DNA of 64,000 nt, from positions 14,464 to 78,463 of the forward strand of contig CAMDWQ010000002.1 in NCBI GenBank assembly GCA_945877765.1, written 5' to 3'. Below the pieces are notes generated by a model that had not been told where the DNA came from, did no database searches, and worked only from the letters and a program-made list of their open reading frames with translations. Shown here piece after piece: positions 37,001-46,586 of this stretch. Position 1 is the first letter of the stretch. Each line of letters opens with the position of its first letter. Position numbers and translations under genes: made by a program. This DNA comes from Candidatus Omnitrophota bacterium (GTDB lineage: Bacteria > Omnitrophota > Gorgyraeia > 2-02-FULL-51-18).

Positions 37001-39472
37001 CAAACAATGTTCTTAATCGAAAACTCTCGAAATAAACTCTCCCAAAATGGTTATGAATTGAATCATTTGGATAACCAGCTTATGTACTCTTTTTCCCGGA
37101 CGGTCATTGCCGGTTTTAGGCTCAGAATGCATAAAGATCCCAAGCTTATCCGGTTTGATCAACAGGTTCAGCGGCCGCGCAAATTTATTATTGAAAATTT
37201 GACGGATCGTCTTCAAAAGGCCAAGCCGTTTTTTAAAGAGAAAGGTTTAGATGAGAAGGTTTCGCAGAAACTTCTTTCAATTCTGATCTGGGAACAATTT
37301 AGTACACTTCTGATGAATGTTGTGGATTTTGAGCCCATATATTCCGACGAGTATGGCGCTATCCTGAAATCTCTGATTGAGCAGGGGCTCGTCGGTGGGT
37401 GGGTGATTCAGGATATTGCCCAACTGGATCGCGAGACACCGTCCGCACGAGCTAAAAGTAACTGGTCTTATATGAAAAAGATAATAGATGTTCTGTTTGT
37501 GGGAGAGGAGCCCGCTTTACAACAACAGTTCCTAGCCGCGGTGATGGAATTCAATCAAGAGTATTCCGTGGCGGGAAATTTGGACAAGGAAACAGAGCAA
37601 GCCATTTTTCAATTAAATTTCTTGAGCTATAGGCATCTTGACCGGTTCACGCCCACCTCGTCGCTCAGCGCCGTGGGACGCAGGATTGTGCGCCATAAGC
37701 TTCTTCCTTCGGAAATCGTCGAAGCTTATGAAAAAATTCAACGAGCGATGCGGACCAAAGGGCTTCTCAGTCCCGAACTTGTCTATGATTTATCGGCCGC
37801 AGACATTTCATCCGCACTGCTTTTAACTGATGCGGAAACCTTCTATTTTAATGATGCTCTTGCGTTTGGTTTTGACGCTGATCCTAACGATCCGCGATAC
37901 GCACGCTTAAAAGAAGCGTATCTGATCGATAAATCAATCAAGGGGTATTCCAACGGTGTTCTACTGGAATCTATCGGAAGCGTTCGGGTTATTTTGGAAT
38001 GGGAGCTAGAGATGCTCGGCGCCCGCAATATTCGTATTGAGAGAAATGCTTCGAACCTGGATCGTTATGAAGTGAGTTTTGACTGGTCATACGATGGGTC
38101 TGAGGCCTTTCGTAAGCCTCGTAAAATAATTTATACCCAGGGCACCTTCGAGTCAGATGATGGGTTTGCCGCGCACGCCAATAGCTTGACAGGGGGAATG
38201 TACCTACGTAAGGCCGATATGGGGCTTTTCGCGATTTCGGATATCAAGATGCCGGTTCTGATTAGTTTTGAGAATTCAGAAAATCTTCCCGGTTACGACC
38301 GTTTTCCACTCACGGAAATGGTCGGTGCCAGCGCCTCATCCGTATATATCAGTCAGCCAGATACAAATTATGCCGATGTTAATAAAGGCTCGGTCTATGT
38401 TCGGAAGGAAAACGCTCCAAAGCATGACGTGAAAAAGGGCGCCCGGCTCGCGACAGAGGATCAGGAGCATCTTCAGCGTCTCGCTTTGGAGTTAGCGGTT
38501 TCGCGATCTGAGAGCGAGCTGGGAAATGAAATTGCCGTTTCGATTGATGATGAGAATCCGTCGTTATTTCGCGTGTCGGTGGAACGCGACGCCGAAGGCG
38601 CTTTGATAGCCGTGAAAATGTTCTTGAGAGGCGACGATCAGCCGGTTGTTGATTTGAATGGGAATATTCGCCAGAGGCTGAGAAATTTGCAGGCTACGAG
38701 CACCTCCCCCACGGATGTTGTTCGGGATGCCGTTCTTACACCGATGAACATCGCAGCTATGAGGGCGGATGCCGCGATGCCTGCAGACCTCGAGAAAGAG
38801 ACGCTAGGGGCGTATGGCTTAGCAATTCCAATGGGTAGATTCGCGGCGTGGGACAGCGTTCGGTTTGAGGCTCAGGTAAAATTGTTATCGCGAGATATAA
38901 AAAAGGCTAAGGAAAAATCCAAATACAAAAAGGCCGTTTACTATCTGGAAGGTACCGATAGTTTTAGCGAGGCACAGCGATCCATCCTTCGGGATGAAAT
39001 TCAAAAAGCCGGTCTTGGGGAAGACGTTCAGTTTAATGCCGCGGATAAATTTAACGGAATCGTTATCCGGATAGCCTCTCCCGACGATGAAGAGGCTCTC
39101 GGGGTAGAGAGCAATGCACTGATTTTCCCCGTGTCTGGAATTCAGCCCGATGCGCTACTGGGTTGGTACGAAGCGCTCCGCTCGGCGACGTTTATCGCAA
39201 CCGCATTGGGAGGCCTATACACCGAGGCGGGTTTATCGCACCAGGACATTAACGCCGCTTCAGTCCCCATCGAGGTTTTTGAACATTTCAACAGCCGAGC
39301 CGAACATCGCGTGGCGGACCGCGCCGCATTCGCCGATCTCCTGACGGGTCGCATGCATAAAACCGACCGCGCCCGTTTCAGTTTTTATCTACCCATTATC
39401 GAGCGTGTTCCCACGGATCTTTTGATCGCGGCCGCACGTCTTGCGCTCCGCACAGCGGGCGTTTCGGCGTAA
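34058..39472 (+). CDS. Giant multidomain protein (1804 aa): N-terminal TM, then TraB/Tiki/GumN-like domain, then class I SAM-methyltransferase-like segment, then about 900 aa of unknown function
   Basis: 'IYLVQDAHSNLSG' and 'VLITGGFHAPNL' resemble the paired GxxH motifs of the TraB/Tiki family. 'AVDIGTGDGWFVDEIAP...VQGVETD...LLRPNGVLYISG' resemble MTase motifs I/II/III. Single uninterrupted ORF. Confidence 0.7.
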   Translation: MKLDMFINRNLFKRRNRIGLRLISLGLVMSFLFQDLSYGGQRGQDRPLAQKTIYLVQDAHSNLSGQKSVATIIQGLALNEKVKTIYLEAGNGNESLSFLRGDADAERLKIAAASYLISGRLRGFEFANLTSTPNLTLWGVEDMELYAKSLSAYQMVSKDRGRLSAYLDRSVSAAETLKSSVYGGALLSFDQTIAGLKVKNDPESVIHFISGEAVKAGIDPKKYPHVRAYVSLKKLETRIDFEKASKEQAEAAGSLDPAEISKYPNLLLYARYEKRAAVLRSAAFVLEVDALEAQLYERFAASSDEKKLLQASRDLALFKKLIALTLTPDEYTEYLSRGESMEIERITGFLNKKIVDLNKFYEKAVFLEEGYANSVKICEDFYSLTLQRDERFVANTLTQMKERGENKAVLITGGFHAPNLKRLFAERNVNVVSIVPRIEQETNLKNYESQLLGPFAGQFNKSAHTVSTHTNMPVGLLTRDALGGPDGVDFCAAIHGARLSAKDLHKKMRQRSSLLGLPGVGLKSKILSGARLAKVDAMSVEENGRAAKIIERFIRLKDQAYLSSGLNVSSRNNFSNLVTHRMSSGERLLSWYFLSNEQCVVWEDLEDFKTNLTLSVSVLDHALRYESSELAEVPKDMIQRITGYRMAEGFALGINLSLLNKGFLPEHKAQIKVLRDNLHAIAYDWSALVDSVENRQATEGARLAESKPVSAARLADNAIVTGIDSPYPWDDLRQEDARKAQFKKPYFHDFLKNCFAGQESVKAVDIGTGDGWFVDEIAPIFETLFPGAIVQGVETDVAFGFENPSAFLAKNGPESMDFVSIVAPDPMRRTEQMEVADVLLRPNGVLYISGNYMTNIWATSWLLERGYSISRIPSFNQGPPFSPYEGQEFSGIILASKSNIKGFQYLKKMGWDVFVYNGARLANISIVQLPDIVRVADRVIDFIDHGVEFSNDREQLLAALKLVDFMSNNLNEFVPDTRQRTQTMFLIENSRNKLSQNGYELNHLDNQLMYSFSRTVIAGFRLRMHKDPKLIRFDQQVQRPRKFIIENLTDRLQKAKPFFKEKGLDEKVSQKLLSILIWEQFSTLLMNVVDFEPIYSDEYGAILKSLIEQGLVGGWVIQDIAQLDRETPSARAKSNWSYMKKIIDVLFVGEEPALQQQFLAAVMEFNQEYSVAGNLDKETEQAIFQLNFLSYRHLDRFTPTSSLSAVGRRIVRHKLLPSEIVEAYEKIQRAMRTKGLLSPELVYDLSAADISSALLLTDAETFYFNDALAFGFDADPNDPRYARLKEAYLIDKSIKGYSNGVLLESIGSVRVILEWELEMLGARNIRIERNASNLDRYEVSFDWSYDGSEAFRKPRKIIYTQGTFESDDGFAAHANSLTGGMYLRKADMGLFAISDIKMPVLISFENSENLPGYDRFPLTEMVGASASSVYISQPDTNYADVNKGSVYVRKENAPKHDVKKGARLATEDQEHLQRLALELAVSRSESELGNEIAVSIDDENPSLFRVSVERDAEGALIAVKMFLRGDDQPVVDLNGNIRQRLRNLQATSTSPTDVVRDAVLTPMNIAAMRADAAMPADLEKETLGAYGLAIPMGRFAAWDSVRFEAQVKLLSRDIKKAKEKSKYKKAVYYLEGTDSFSEAQRSILRDEIQKAGLGEDVQFNAADKFNGIVIRIASPDDEEALGVESNALIFPVSGIQPDALLGWYEALRSATFIATALGGLYTEAGLSHQDINAASVPIEVFEHFNSRAEHRVADRAAFADLLTGRMHKTDRARFSFYLPIIERVPTDLLIAAARLALRTAGVSA

Positions 39473-39655
39473 AGTCTGATACAATCTCTGCATACAGCGG
39501 GTTTCACAACTATCGAGAAAACGCTTACATCCAAACCCCGCCATTCACCTTGTGTTCTCCCTATTATTTTGATAAATTGGACTTCGATTTACTCGATTAA
39601 ACAGAAGGCAAGAGCGGTCGTGGTCAATACTAAAGAAATACGGAGCCTTTTTTAA

Positions 39656-40342
39656 GTGTCTAATTTTCTAAAATCTTCGGTGGGCCGTAAGAGTGTTATG
39701 GCGGTCACGGGTCTTTTGCTTTTTGGTTTTGTGATCATCCACATGATCGGGAATCTACAGCTATTTCTCGGGCAGGATGCGCTCAATGACTATGCCAAGC
39801 ACTTGGTAGAAATGCCTCTTTTGTTGTGGCCGGCGCGGGTAGTTCTGTTGGCGATACTCGTCACCCATATTTTTGTCTCGATGAGCTTGGCCAAGGAAAA
39901 TCGGGTGGCGCGTCCGGTGCGCTACACCCAGGGAGCTACGATTCAAGCCTCTTATGCTTCGCGAACGATGGTGATGTCCGGCATCATTATTTTTCTTTTC
40001 ATCGTCTATCATCTACTGCATTTTACTTTTGGAAAAATACAGCCGCAATTTTATGACCAACTGGATGCCGAGGGCCGCAAGGATGTGTATGGAATGATCG
40101 TTTACGGATTTCAAAATATTTATGTATCGGGCGCTTACGTGACGGCGATGGCCGTGCTCTGCTTTCATCTTTCGCATGGGCTGCAAAGTCTTTTCCAGTC
40201 GCTAGGATTGCGTTCAAACGCACTGGCGCCTCTTTTGAAAAAAATGGCGGTTGGATTAAGTTTGTTTATTTTTATCGGGAATACCTCTATTCCTCTTTCT
40301 ATTCTTCTGGGGTTTGTTCGCATGCCCGGGGTAGGGCGCTAA
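39656..40342 (+). CDS. sdhC: Succinate dehydrogenase / fumarate reductase cytochrome b subunit (5-TM, Bacillus/Wolinella type)
   Basis: 228 aa with five hydrophobic helices and conserved His residues. Directly upstream of the flavoprotein subunit. Confidence 0.75.
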   Translation: MSNFLKSSVGRKSVMAVTGLLLFGFVIIHMIGNLQLFLGQDALNDYAKHLVEMPLLLWPARVVLLAILVTHIFVSMSLAKENRVARPVRYTQGATIQASYASRTMVMSGIIIFLFIVYHLLHFTFGKIQPQFYDQLDAEGRKDVYGMIVYGFQNIYVSGAYVTAMAVLCFHLSHGLQSLFQSLGLRSNALAPLLKKMAVGLSLFIFIGNTSIPLSILLGFVRMPGVGR

Positions 40343-42255
40343 TGGAACTTAACGGAAAAATCCCCCCAGGGCCCTTAGCTGAAAAGTGGGACAAGCACCG
40401 CTTCAATCTTAAGCTAATCAATCCCGCCAATAAACGGAAACATGAAATTATTGTGGTGGGCACGGGTCTTGCCGGCGCCGCCGCTGCAGCCTCCTTGGCT
40501 GAGCTGGGTTATGGCGTGCATTCATTTTGTTTTCAGGACAGCCCAAGGCGTGCGCACAGCATTGCCGCTCAAGGCGGAATTAATGCCGCCAAAAATTATC
40601 AAAACGATGGCGACAGCGTGGAGCGTCTTTTTTATGACACGATCAAGGGTGGAGATTTTCGCGCGCGTGAAGCCAATGTGTACCGCTTGGCGCAGATTAG
40701 TACGAGCATCATTGATCAATGCGTTGCGCAAGGCGTACCGTTTGCGCGTGAATACGGAGGGTCGCTAGCCAACCGCTCTTTTGGCGGCTCGCAAGTGTCT
40801 CGCACGTTTTATGCCCGTGGTCAGACGGGGCAGCAGCTTCTTTTAGGTGCCTATCAGGCCTTGTCGCGTCAAATCGGCATAGGGAAAGTCAAAATGTATC
40901 CTCGCACTGAAATGCTGGATTTGGTTTTGGTTGACGGTCACGCCAAGGGTATCGTGGTGCGCGATTTGGTCACTGGGAAAATTTCCTCGTATGCCGCGGA
41001 TGCGGTGGTCCTGGCAACGGGGGGCTATTCGAATGCCTATTATCTTTCAACCAATGCCGTGGGCTGTAACGTGACGGCGATTCACCGCGCTTATAAAAAA
41101 GGCGCTTATTTTGCCAACCCTTGCTACACGCAAATTCACCCGACCTGCATTCCGGTCAGCGGGGATTACCAATCCAAGTTGACGCTCATGTCCGAATCGC
41201 TTCGCAATGACGGGCGTATCTGGGTCCCTTTAAAAAAAGGCGACAAACGGGCACCGGCGGATATTCCGGAGAGCGAGCGTGATTATTATTTAGAGAGAAA
41301 ATATCCCAGCTACGGAAATCTGGCTCCGCGCGATATTGCGTCTCGTGCCGCTAAGGAGGTCTGTGATGAGGGCCGTGGGGTGGGAGAGTTGGGTCTAGGT
41401 GTGTATCTTGATTTTGCCGATGCCATCAAACGGGTAGGCGCCAAAGTCATCGACGAGCGCTACGACAATCTTTTTGCGATGTATGAGCGCATCACCGGTG
41501 AAGACCCCTTCCGGTCGCCCATGAGAATTTATCCCGCGCTCCATTACACGATGGGTGGTCTTTGGGTGGATTATAATCTGATGAGCAATATCCCGGGATT
41601 GTACGTCATCGGTGAAGCTAATTTTTCAGATCACGGCGCCAACCGACTGGGGGCAAGCGCTCTGATGCAGGGCCTGGCGGATGGTTATTTTATTTTGCCG
41701 TATACGATCGGCGATTATTTAGCGGTGTCGGGGAAGGTGAAGGTCAAGGCGGATCACGCGGAATTTAAAAAATCCGAAGAAGATGTCTCACGGCGCACTC
41801 AACTATTTTTATCGATCAAAGGAAAGCGTACCGCGGATTCTTTTCATAAGGAGCTGGGGCTTTTACTTTGGGAAAATTGCGGAATGGCGCGGACGGATGA
41901 GGGGTTAAAGAGGGCACTGGCAAAGATTCCCGTCATCCGTGACGAGTTTTGGAAGAATTTGAATGTTCCCGGCGAGGGCCAAGAAATGAACAAATCGCTG
42001 GAGCGCGCGGGACGCGTGGCAGACTTTCTTGAGTTTGCTGAGCTTTTATGTCTGGATGCTCTCGAGCGAAAAGAATCCTGCGGCGGGCACTTCCGGCAAG
42101 AATTTCAGACCTCGGAAGGAGAGGCCAAGCGCGATGATGCCAATTTTTGTCATGTCGCGGCCTGGGAGTTTAAGGGCGTGGGCAAAGAGCCGGTACGCCA
42201 CCAAGAACCGCTCGTGTTTGAAAATGTCCATTTAGGCGAAAGAAACTACAAATGA
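40342..42255 (+). CDS. sdhA: Succinate dehydrogenase / fumarate reductase flavoprotein subunit
   Basis: FAD-binding '[12 protein letters not shown]', '[12 protein letters not shown]' (covalent FAD His), 'HYTMGG'. Confidence 0.95.
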   Translation: MELNGKIPPGPLAEKWDKHRFNLKLINPANKRKHEIIVVGTGLAGAAAAASLAELGYGVHSFCFQDSPRRAHSIAAQGGINAAKNYQNDGDSVERLFYDTIKGGDFRAREANVYRLAQISTSIIDQCVAQGVPFAREYGGSLANRSFGGSQVSRTFYARGQTGQQLLLGAYQALSRQIGIGKVKMYPRTEMLDLVLVDGHAKGIVVRDLVTGKISSYAADAVVLATGGYSNAYYLSTNAVGCNVTAIHRAYKKGAYFANPCYTQIHPTCIPVSGDYQSKLTLMSESLRNDGRIWVPLKKGDKRAPADIPESERDYYLERKYPSYGNLAPRDIASRAAKEVCDEGRGVGELGLGVYLDFADAIKRVGAKVIDERYDNLFAMYERITGEDPFRSPMRIYPALHYTMGGLWVDYNLMSNIPGLYVIGEANFSDHGANRLGASALMQGLADGYFILPYTIGDYLAVSGKVKVKADHAEFKKSEEDVSRRTQLFLSIKGKRTADSFHKELGLLLWENCGMARTDEGLKRALAKIPVIRDEFWKNLNVPGEGQEMNKSLERAGRVADFLEFAELLCLDALERKESCGGHFRQEFQTSEGEAKRDDANFCHVAAWEFKGVGKEPVRHQEPLVFENVHLGERNYK

Positions 42256-43016
42256 GCACACCAAGTATGAATTTAAAACTTCGCGTCTGGCGCCAAAAGG
42301 ATGCTTCCAAGGCCGGTAAAATTGAGGAATACGAAGCTAAAAATATTAATCCGCACATGTCTTTTTTGGAGATGCTCGATGTGGTGAATGAGGGCCTGGC
42401 CCAAAACGGCGTGGAGCCGATTGCTTTTGACAGCGATTGCCGTGAGGGAATATGCGGGATGTGTTCGCTGGTCATTAACGGCATTCCTCACGGACCGGAT
42501 CGCGGGACGGCGACCTGTCAGCTGCATATGAGAAAATTTAAGGACGGCGATACCATCACGATTGAACCGTGGCGTGCGAAGGCGTTTCCAGTGGTGAAAG
42601 ATTTGGTGACGGACCGCAGTGCTTTTGACCGCATCATTCAAGCGGGGGGATTTGTCTCAGTAAATACTGGCTGCGCTCCCGAGGCCAACGCGATCCCCAT
42701 TGGCAAGCATCTGGCGGATCCCGCGATGGATGCCGCGGCTTGTATCGGTTGCGGAGCCTGTGTCGCGGCCTGTAAAAACGCTTCGGCCATGCTTTTTGTT
42801 GCCGCCAAAGTATCTCATTTGGCCCTCTTACCTCAAGGGCAGGTAGAAAAAGCGGCGCGTGTCCAAAAAATGGTTGCTGCGATGGACCGCGAGCAATTTG
42901 GAAATTGTACCAATCAGTTTGAATGCGAAGCGGCTTGTCCCAAAGAAATCAGTGTTTCTTTTATTTCAAAAATGAACCAGGAATACTTAAAAGCATTCAA
43001 AGGAGATATCTTATGA
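42252..43016 (+). CDS. sdhB: Succinate dehydrogenase / fumarate reductase iron-sulfur subunit
   Basis: 2Fe-2S 'CREGICGMC', 4Fe-4S '[11 protein letters not shown]', 3Fe-4S '[12 protein letters not shown]'. Confidence 0.92.
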   Translation: MSTPSMNLKLRVWRQKDASKAGKIEEYEAKNINPHMSFLEMLDVVNEGLAQNGVEPIAFDSDCREGICGMCSLVINGIPHGPDRGTATCQLHMRKFKDGDTITIEPWRAKAFPVVKDLVTDRSAFDRIIQAGGFVSVNTGCAPEANAIPIGKHLADPAMDAAACIGCGACVAACKNASAMLFVAAKVSHLALLPQGQVEKAARVQKMVAAMDREQFGNCTNQFECEAACPKEISVSFISKMNQEYLKAFKGDIL

Positions 43017-43453
43017 GCGATCTTGCGCCGGCGGCGCCGTCCGCGGGGGCCAAAAAAGTCCCCGGACCGGTTATTTTTGTGGCCATCTTGAATTTTTTGT
43101 CGGTCTCATTTTTGGGGATTATTTCGTTGGTTTGCCTGATAGCCCTCATCTTCGGCAACGTCATGGGTCTTTATGATGTTGTTTCCAAGCAAATGAGTCA
43201 GTATGCTCAGACACCCAATTATACTTATGGGGTGACGTTTATTTTTGGGGCGCTATTGGCGGCCTGCTTAACGTTTGTTCTTTTCTTTGTTTTTCTGGGG
43301 ATAGGGCTTCTGAAAAGAAAAAAAACAGCTTGGTATGTGCAGGTGGTGTTGAGCGTGCTGGGCCTTTTTGCCTTTCCGCTGGGGACGATCTTTAACGGCA
43401 TCATCTTATTCTTATTTTTCCGTCAACCAATTCGCGATTTTTTTGAGGTCTAA
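43013..43453 (+). CDS. Small membrane protein (hypothetical)
   Basis: ATGA overlap with sdhB. Four predicted TM helices. 146 aa. Confidence 0.45.
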   Translation: MSDLAPAAPSAGAKKVPGPVIFVAILNFLSVSFLGIISLVCLIALIFGNVMGLYDVVSKQMSQYAQTPNYTYGVTFIFGALLAACLTFVLFFVFLGIGLLKRKKTAWYVQVVLSVLGLFAFPLGTIFNGIILFLFFRQPIRDFFEV

Positions 43454-43455
43454 TC

Positions 43456-44307
43456 ATGCCGCTAGTCAAAGCTAAAATACGTGTGGGACACAGCCCGGAC
43501 GCGGACGACGCATTTATGTTTTATGCGATTGCTCACGATAAAATTAAAACTGAGGGAATCAAGTTTTCTCACGTAATCGAGGATATTGAAAGTCTCAACA
43601 AGCGGGCGTTTAAAGCGGAGCTTGAAGTGACCGCGGTTTCGGCGTTTGCTTTTTTTGAATGTGCGGACAAGTACGCTCTCATGGCTTGCGGTGCCAGCAT
43701 CGGGGATAATTATGGTCCAGTGCTTGTTTCAAAAAAAAGCATGTATGCCAAAGAGCTAAAAGGGAAGAAAATTGCCGTGCCAGGCCTGCACACGACCGCT
43801 TATCTGACACTGAAACTTTTTTTGCCTGATTTTGAAGAGGTGGTGGTGCCTTTTGATAAAATTTTAGATGCCGTAGAAAACGGCGAAGTCGATGCGGGTC
43901 TTGTCATCCACGAGGGACAACTGACTTACGGGAAGCTGGGATTTAAAAAAGTGGTGGATTTGGGCGAATGGTTTTATGAAATGACTAAACTGCCCTTGCC
44001 TCTAGGCGTCGATGTCATCCGCAAGAGCCTTGGCCGGGATATCATGAGAAAAACCACCCGGATTTTAAAAGAAAGCATTGTTTACGCGCTCAAACACCGC
44101 GAAGAGGCGCTGGAGTATGCGATGAAGTTTGGCCGCGGCGTTGAGACAGCCACGGCGGACCAGTTTGTGGGCATGTATGTCAACGACTACACAGTGGATA
44201 TGGGAAAAAAAGGCAAAGACGCGCTCCATTTCCTGCAAAAAGCCGCCATTGATGCGGGGCTAGTCAAAAAGAAACTTGCCCAGATTGAATTTGTGGACAT
44301 GAATTAA
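43456..44307 (+). CDS. MqnA/MqnD family protein (futalosine-route menaquinone biosynthesis; likely 1,4-dihydroxy-6-naphthoate synthase MqnD)
   Basis: 'RVGHSPDADDAFMFYAIAH' matches the MqnD-type 'SP(C/D)xxD(T/A)F(I/M)FYA' N-terminal motif. PBP-like fold size (283 aa). Confidence 0.65.
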   Translation: MPLVKAKIRVGHSPDADDAFMFYAIAHDKIKTEGIKFSHVIEDIESLNKRAFKAELEVTAVSAFAFFECADKYALMACGASIGDNYGPVLVSKKSMYAKELKGKKIAVPGLHTTAYLTLKLFLPDFEEVVVPFDKILDAVENGEVDAGLVIHEGQLTYGKLGFKKVVDLGEWFYEMTKLPLPLGVDVIRKSLGRDIMRKTTRILKESIVYALKHREEALEYAMKFGRGVETATADQFVGMYVNDYTVDMGKKGKDALHFLQKAAIDAGLVKKKLAQIEFVDMN

Positions 44308-44321
44308 GCGGACCTAATTCT

Positions 44322-46136
44322 GTGGCTATAAAAAAATCCTCTCAGACATTTATCCAAAAATCTTCCGAATGGATACGCAAGCCCAAAAAAAGCGACGCCA
44401 ATTTAAAAGATTATTTTAAAACGTACCAATCTTTTCGCTGGAAGTCAGTTGAAAAAGAGTTTGACTGGCACAAGACGGGCAAGGTCAATATGGTCCACGA
44501 GATCATCGACCGGCACGCGCAAGGTGCTAGAAAAAATAAAGTGGCGCTTTATTTTTGGGATCCCGCATCTACCCAAGTCTATCCTCGGGGACGTGACGAA
44601 AAATATACCTTTTTGGATTTAAAAAAATCCTCCTCTCGTTTTGGGCATGTCCTAAAAAAATGCGGTGTCAAAAAAGGGGATCGCGTCGCTGTGTTTTTGC
44701 CTCGGACGCCGGAGCTTTACATTTCTATCTTGGGAATTCATCGTGTGGGCGCAATTCCGGTGCCGCTTTTCGAGGCATTCATGGAAACTGCAGTGCTGGA
44801 CCGGCTTTCTGACAGCCAGGCGTCTGTTATCGTGACCAACACAGCGCTTAAAGGACGGGTTCCATTTGAAAAATTAAATCATTTGAAGGGCGTTATTTTG
44901 GTGGACGAGTTAGAGGTCAGTAGAAGCGAAAACCAAGACAACGAACCTGCCTGCGATTTCTGCGATGTTTACAATTATTTTGAAGAGATGAAACTAGCAT
45001 CTGAGTCTTTGGAGCCGGTGTGGCTTAACAAGGACGATGGCTTGGTGATCCATTACACTTCCGGATCCACGGGAAAATCCAAAGGAGTTTTGCATCGTCA
45101 GTACGCGATGGTAGGGCACTTGCAGACATCCAAGTGGGTGCTTGATTTGCGCGAAGATGATATTTATTGGTGCACAGCCGATCCGGGCTGGGTGACGGGA
45201 ACTTCTTATGGCATTTACGGGCCCTGGTCGTTGGGGGCTTCGAGCGTCGTTCTGGGGGGGCGGTTTTCCGCTGAGCGCTGGTACGAGGCGATTCAAAAAT
45301 ACAGCGTCACGGTTTGGTACAGCGCGCCGACGGCGTTTCGGATGCTGATGGCTCAAGGTAAAACGCTTCCCAAAAAGTTTAATTTAAAAAGTATCCGCCA
45401 TATCTGTTCGGTGGGTGAGCCGCTTAATCCCGAGGCTCTGCGCTGGATTCGCGCCATTACCGGTGTCGCGCCGCACGAGACATGGTGGATGACGGAGACA
45501 GGGATGCACATTATCTGCAATTTCCGGAGCCTTGATTTTAAATTAGGCGCCACGGGCCGGCCTTTTCCGGGGACTTACGCGAGCGTTGTTGACGACAAGG
45601 GGAAAGAAGTCGCGCCCAACACGCTGGGAAATCTCGTGGTCAAAACCGGCTGGCCATCCTTGATGAAAGAGATTTGGAAAAATAAAGCGAAGTTTGACGA
45701 ATATTTTGAATTGAAGGGCTGGTACAAGAGCGGGGATTCCGCCTACAAGGACAAAGATGGTTTTATTTGGTTTGCTGGACGCGTGGATGATGTGATCAAG
45801 ACGGCGGGTGAGCGCGTGGGGCCGTTTGAGGTCGAGAGCGCTCTTATTCAGCACCCGGCCGTGGCGGAGGCTGGCGTCATCGGAAAACCAGATCAAGTGC
45901 GCGGGCACATTATCAAGGCGTTTATCAGCTTGCGTCCGGGATTTTCACCCTCAGATCATTTAAAAGCAGAAATTGCTGATTTTGTGAAAAAAAATCTCGC
46001 GGCACACGCTGCCCCGCGTGAAATTGATTTTCGTGACAGCATCCCCAAGACTCGCTCGGGGAAAATCATGCGGCGCGTATTGAGGGCGTGGGACCAGGGG
46101 TTGCCGGTGGGAGATGTTAGTACAATGGACGAATAG
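44322..46136 (+). CDS. Acetyl-CoA synthetase-like AMP-forming acyl-CoA ligase
   Basis: 'IHYTSGSTGKSKGV', 'YWCTADPGWVTGTSYGIYGP', 'SGDSAYKDKDGFIWFAGRVDDVIK', C-terminal 'RSGKIMRR'. Confidence 0.85.
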   Translation: MAIKKSSQTFIQKSSEWIRKPKKSDANLKDYFKTYQSFRWKSVEKEFDWHKTGKVNMVHEIIDRHAQGARKNKVALYFWDPASTQVYPRGRDEKYTFLDLKKSSSRFGHVLKKCGVKKGDRVAVFLPRTPELYISILGIHRVGAIPVPLFEAFMETAVLDRLSDSQASVIVTNTALKGRVPFEKLNHLKGVILVDELEVSRSENQDNEPACDFCDVYNYFEEMKLASESLEPVWLNKDDGLVIHYTSGSTGKSKGVLHRQYAMVGHLQTSKWVLDLREDDIYWCTADPGWVTGTSYGIYGPWSLGASSVVLGGRFSAERWYEAIQKYSVTVWYSAPTAFRMLMAQGKTLPKKFNLKSIRHICSVGEPLNPEALRWIRAITGVAPHETWWMTETGMHIICNFRSLDFKLGATGRPFPGTYASVVDDKGKEVAPNTLGNLVVKTGWPSLMKEIWKNKAKFDEYFELKGWYKSGDSAYKDKDGFIWFAGRVDDVIKTAGERVGPFEVESALIQHPAVAEAGVIGKPDQVRGHIIKAFISLRPGFSPSDHLKAEIADFVKKNLAAHAAPREIDFRDSIPKTRSGKIMRRVLRAWDQGLPVGDVSTMDE

Positions 46137-46142
46137 CGTCAT

Positions 46143-46289
46143 GGCGGGAGGTTGTTTATTTTTGCAGCGAATGCATGCGACGCGCAGGCTGCTATGTGTA
46201 AATTTTTTTACAGCCTGAAGCTCGACGAAAGTCCCAAGCCCCGTCGACGCGGAGCGGCAATTTGCGGAAAAAATAAACAACCTCCCGCC
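46143..46289. repeat. 147-nt structured element bounded by a 21-bp perfect inverted repeat (intergenic, after acyl-CoA ligase)
   Basis: Arms 46143-46163 'ggcgggaggttgtttattttt' and 46269-46289 'aaaaataaacaacctcccgcc'. Internal caggctg/cagcctg hairpin and cgtcgacg palindrome. Confidence 0.5.
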
Positions 46290-46325
46290 CACACCTATTT
46301 TTAGACTATTACACAAAAGGAGACT

Positions 46326-46586
46326 GTGATGTTCGAGCAAATTAAAGGAATGGCGGGGAAATTTCAGATGATGCAGAAAATGATGCAGGATGAGGATTTT
46401 AAGGCGTTTGTTTCCAATCCTAAAATTCAGGCGCTGTTTGGGGATCCTGAGTTTAAGGAAATTGCAAAAACGCGCGATTTTAGTAAGATCCTTACCAACC
46501 CTAAATTTTCAGGTCTGATGAAGGACCCCGAAATCGCGTCGTTGGTGGCCAAGCTCAACCCTAAAAAATTCATTCCCACCCCATGA
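46326..46586 (+). CDS. Small hypothetical protein with internal repeats
   Basis: 86 aa with repeated 'DPEFKEI / NPKFSGL / DPEIASL' units. RBS 'AAAGGAGAC'. Confidence 0.4.
   Translation: MMFEQIKGMAGKFQMMQKMMQDEDFKAFVSNPKIQALFGDPEFKEIAKTRDFSKILTNPKFSGLMKDPEIASLVAKLNPKKFIPTP

Noticed and set aside
39473-39655. Promoter, terminator or small RNA in the 183-nt spacer between the giant gene and sdhC
   Set aside because: No convincing hairpin plus U-tract and no well-spaced -35/-10 pair were found by eye. Left unannotated.
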